DNA of 64,000 bases from Candidatus Firestonebacteria bacterium RIFOXYD2_FULL_39_29 (GTDB taxonomy: Bacteria; Oederibacteriota; D2-FULL-39-29): the NCBI GenBank assembly GCA_001778375.1, contig MFGV01000018.1, forward strand, positions 47,022-111,021, read 5' to 3'. How positions within the stretch are numbered: position 1 is the first letter of the stretch; every line of letters begins with the position of its first letter. Positions 45,001 through 48,000 of this stretch are shown here, piece after piece. The position numbers and the translations under genes were made by a program. The notes under the pieces are model-generated. The model was given only the letters and a program-made list of their open reading frames with translations. It did no database searches and was not told the origin of the DNA.

Positions 45001-48000
45001 CCGAAATATAATTCACGCCAATCTGGCAGGCGGAAAAATCTATCGTAAAATCCGTAGTATAGGTGGAGGCGCTAACCGTGTTTGCAATATTTGTCCAGTT
45101 CTTAAGCTGCGAACCGGTAAGACCTGTTCCGGAGTAAACCGCATACTGAATATTATTGAGTAAAGAGGCCGTGTCCGAAAAATCCACATTATAGGTTGTC
45201 CCGGAAGAAGCTCTCCAGGTATCGTCCCCCGTCTGGTTATTGGTAACTAAAGGAGGAACCGTATCTTTCTTCACATAAAACACATCATTCTGGGAGGCGG
45301 TATTTCCCGCGTTATCATAAACACGGACGGAGACATAATTGATTCCCTGCTGGCAGGTACCGAAGTCAATGATCCAATCCGGGTTATAGTCAGTGGAATT
45401 AATAGAAGATGAGAAAGTAGTCCAGGGCTTAATCTGGGTTCCGGTCTGCCCCGTTGCAGAATATATCGTATACTGAACATACGAGAGCTGCGAAACTGCG
45501 TCGGAGAAATCCGTATTATAAACGGTACCCGCGGTGGTCCGCCAGGTATCATCTCCCGTTTGATTGTTAGTGATCCCCGGAGCCACGCTATCTTTCTTTA
45601 CATAAAATACATCATTTTGAGAAACGGTATTTCCCGCATTATCATAAGCGCTTACCGAGACGTAATTCGCTCCCTGCTGTAACGAAGCAAAATCCAGTTG
45701 CCAGTCGGTTGTATATGCTGAGGCATTTATTCCCGTTGCAATATCTGTCCAATCTTTAAGCACGGTACCTGTCTGGCCCGTAGCCGCACACACTTTATAC
45801 CGGACGTTACTTAAGAGCGCGCCACCGGTTTCAGAAAAATCAACATTGTAAACAGCACCTGCCGCAGCTCTCCAGGTATCATCCCCCGTCTGATTATTCG
45901 TAACACCCGGCGCAGATGCATCTTTCTTTATATAAAACACATCATTTTGAGAAACGGTGTTGCCCGCGTTATCATAAACTCTCGCGGACACATAATTCGT
46001 TCCCGCGACAAGAGATGCAAAATCCACCTGCCAGTCCGTCGTATAAGTAGTAGCATTTATTCCGGTTGCAATATTTGTCCAGTCCTTTAAAACCGTCCCG
46101 GTTTGTCCTGCCGCAGAACACACCTTGTACTGAACGTTGTTAAGAAGAGAGGTTGCATCCGAGAAGTCCACATTGTAAACCGTACCGGCCTCCGATCTCC
46201 AGGTATCATCGCCCAGCTGGCTTACCGTTATCGCCGGATTAGCTATATCTTTTTTCACATAGAATACGTCATTTTGCACCGCATTATTGCCTACGGTATC
46301 ATAGGCTCTTACAGAAACATAGTTCGTCCCTTCCTGTAAAGAAGAATAGTCCACCTGCCAGTTGGCTGAATAAGAAGAAGAGTTGATCCCCGTCGCAATA
46401 TTAGTCCAGTCCTTAAACTGCGAGCCGGTCCGGCCTGTAGCGCTATAGACAGTGTATTGAACATTATTTAAAAGCGAACTTGCGTCGGTAAAATCCACAT
46501 CGTAGGAAGTTCCAGCCGAGGTACGCCAGGTATTATCACCTGTTTGGTTATTTGTAAAACCGGGAGCAGTTGTATCTTTCTTTACATAGAAGACATCGGT
46601 TTGCGAAACGGTATTTCCTGAATTATCATATGCTCGGACCGAAACATAATTCGTCCCCTGCTGTAAAGATGCGTAATCCACCTGCCAGTCTATGGTGTAA
46701 GTAGCGGCATTTATTCCCGCTGCTATATCTGTCCAATCTTTCAGAACTGTTCCCGTCTGACCTGTTGCGGCGCACACCCTGTACTGGACATTATTAAGAA
46801 GCGAGGTCGCATCAGAAAAATCAACATTATATGTCGTCCCGGAAGCTGCACGCCATGTATCATCCCCGGTCTGGTTGTTTGTTATTCCCGGATTTACACT
46901 GTCTTTCTTAACATAGAACACGTCATTTTGAGAGAAAGTATTTCCCGCATTATCATAAGCCCTGACCGAAACATAATTTGCTCCCGCTTGTAAAGAGGCA
47001 TAATCCACCTGCCAGTCAGTTGTATAAGTAGTCGCGTTTATTCCCGTTGCAATATTAGTCCAATCCTTAAGAACTGTTCCGGTCTGACCTGTTGCTGAAC
47101 ATACTTTGTACTGAACGTTACTAAGAAGCGAGGTCGCATCAGAGAAATCTACATTATATGTTGTCCCTGAGGCGGCTCTCCAGGTATCATCGCCTGTCTG
47201 ATTATTTGTTACTCCGGGATTACCCGTATCCTTCTTCACATAGAACACATCATTTTGAGATACGGTATTTCCCGCATTATCATAAGCCCTGACCGAAACA
47301 TAATTACTCCCCTGCTGTAAAGACGCGTATGCTACCTGCCAGTCAGTTGTGTAAGACGCCGCATTTATATTTGTTGCTATTGTCGTCCAGGTGACCAGCT
47401 GCGAACCGGTCAACCCCGTTGCGGAATAAACAGCGTACTGCGCATAATTTAAATTCGCTCCGCCTGCATCAGTAAAGTCCACATTATATGTTGTTCCCGA
47501 GGCAGCTCTCCAGGTATTATCCCCCGTTTGATTGTTCGTTACTCCGGGATTACTTGTATCTTTCTTTACGTAGAAAACATCGTTTTGTGCCAGCGTGTTT
47601 CCCGTATTATCATAGGCTCTTACCGAAACATAATTCGTCCCCTGTTGTAAAGACGCATAGTCCACTTGCCAGTCGGCAGTATATGTGGCAGCATTAATAT
47701 TGGTCGCTATAGTTGTCCAGGTAACCAGCTGCGAACCGGTCTGGCCCGTAGCAGAATACACGGTATACTGAACATAATTTAATAGCGAGGTCGCGTCGGA
47801 GAAGTCCACATTGTACGTCGTCCCCGCTGCGGCCCTCCAAGTATCATCTCCGGTCTGGTTGTTTGTTATCCCGGGATTCCCTGTATCTTTCTTCACATAG
47901 AACACATCATTTTGAGAAAAAGTATTTCCCGAATTATCGTACGCTCTTACCGAAACATAATTCGTCCCCTGCTGTAAAGACGCGTACGCTACCTGCCAAT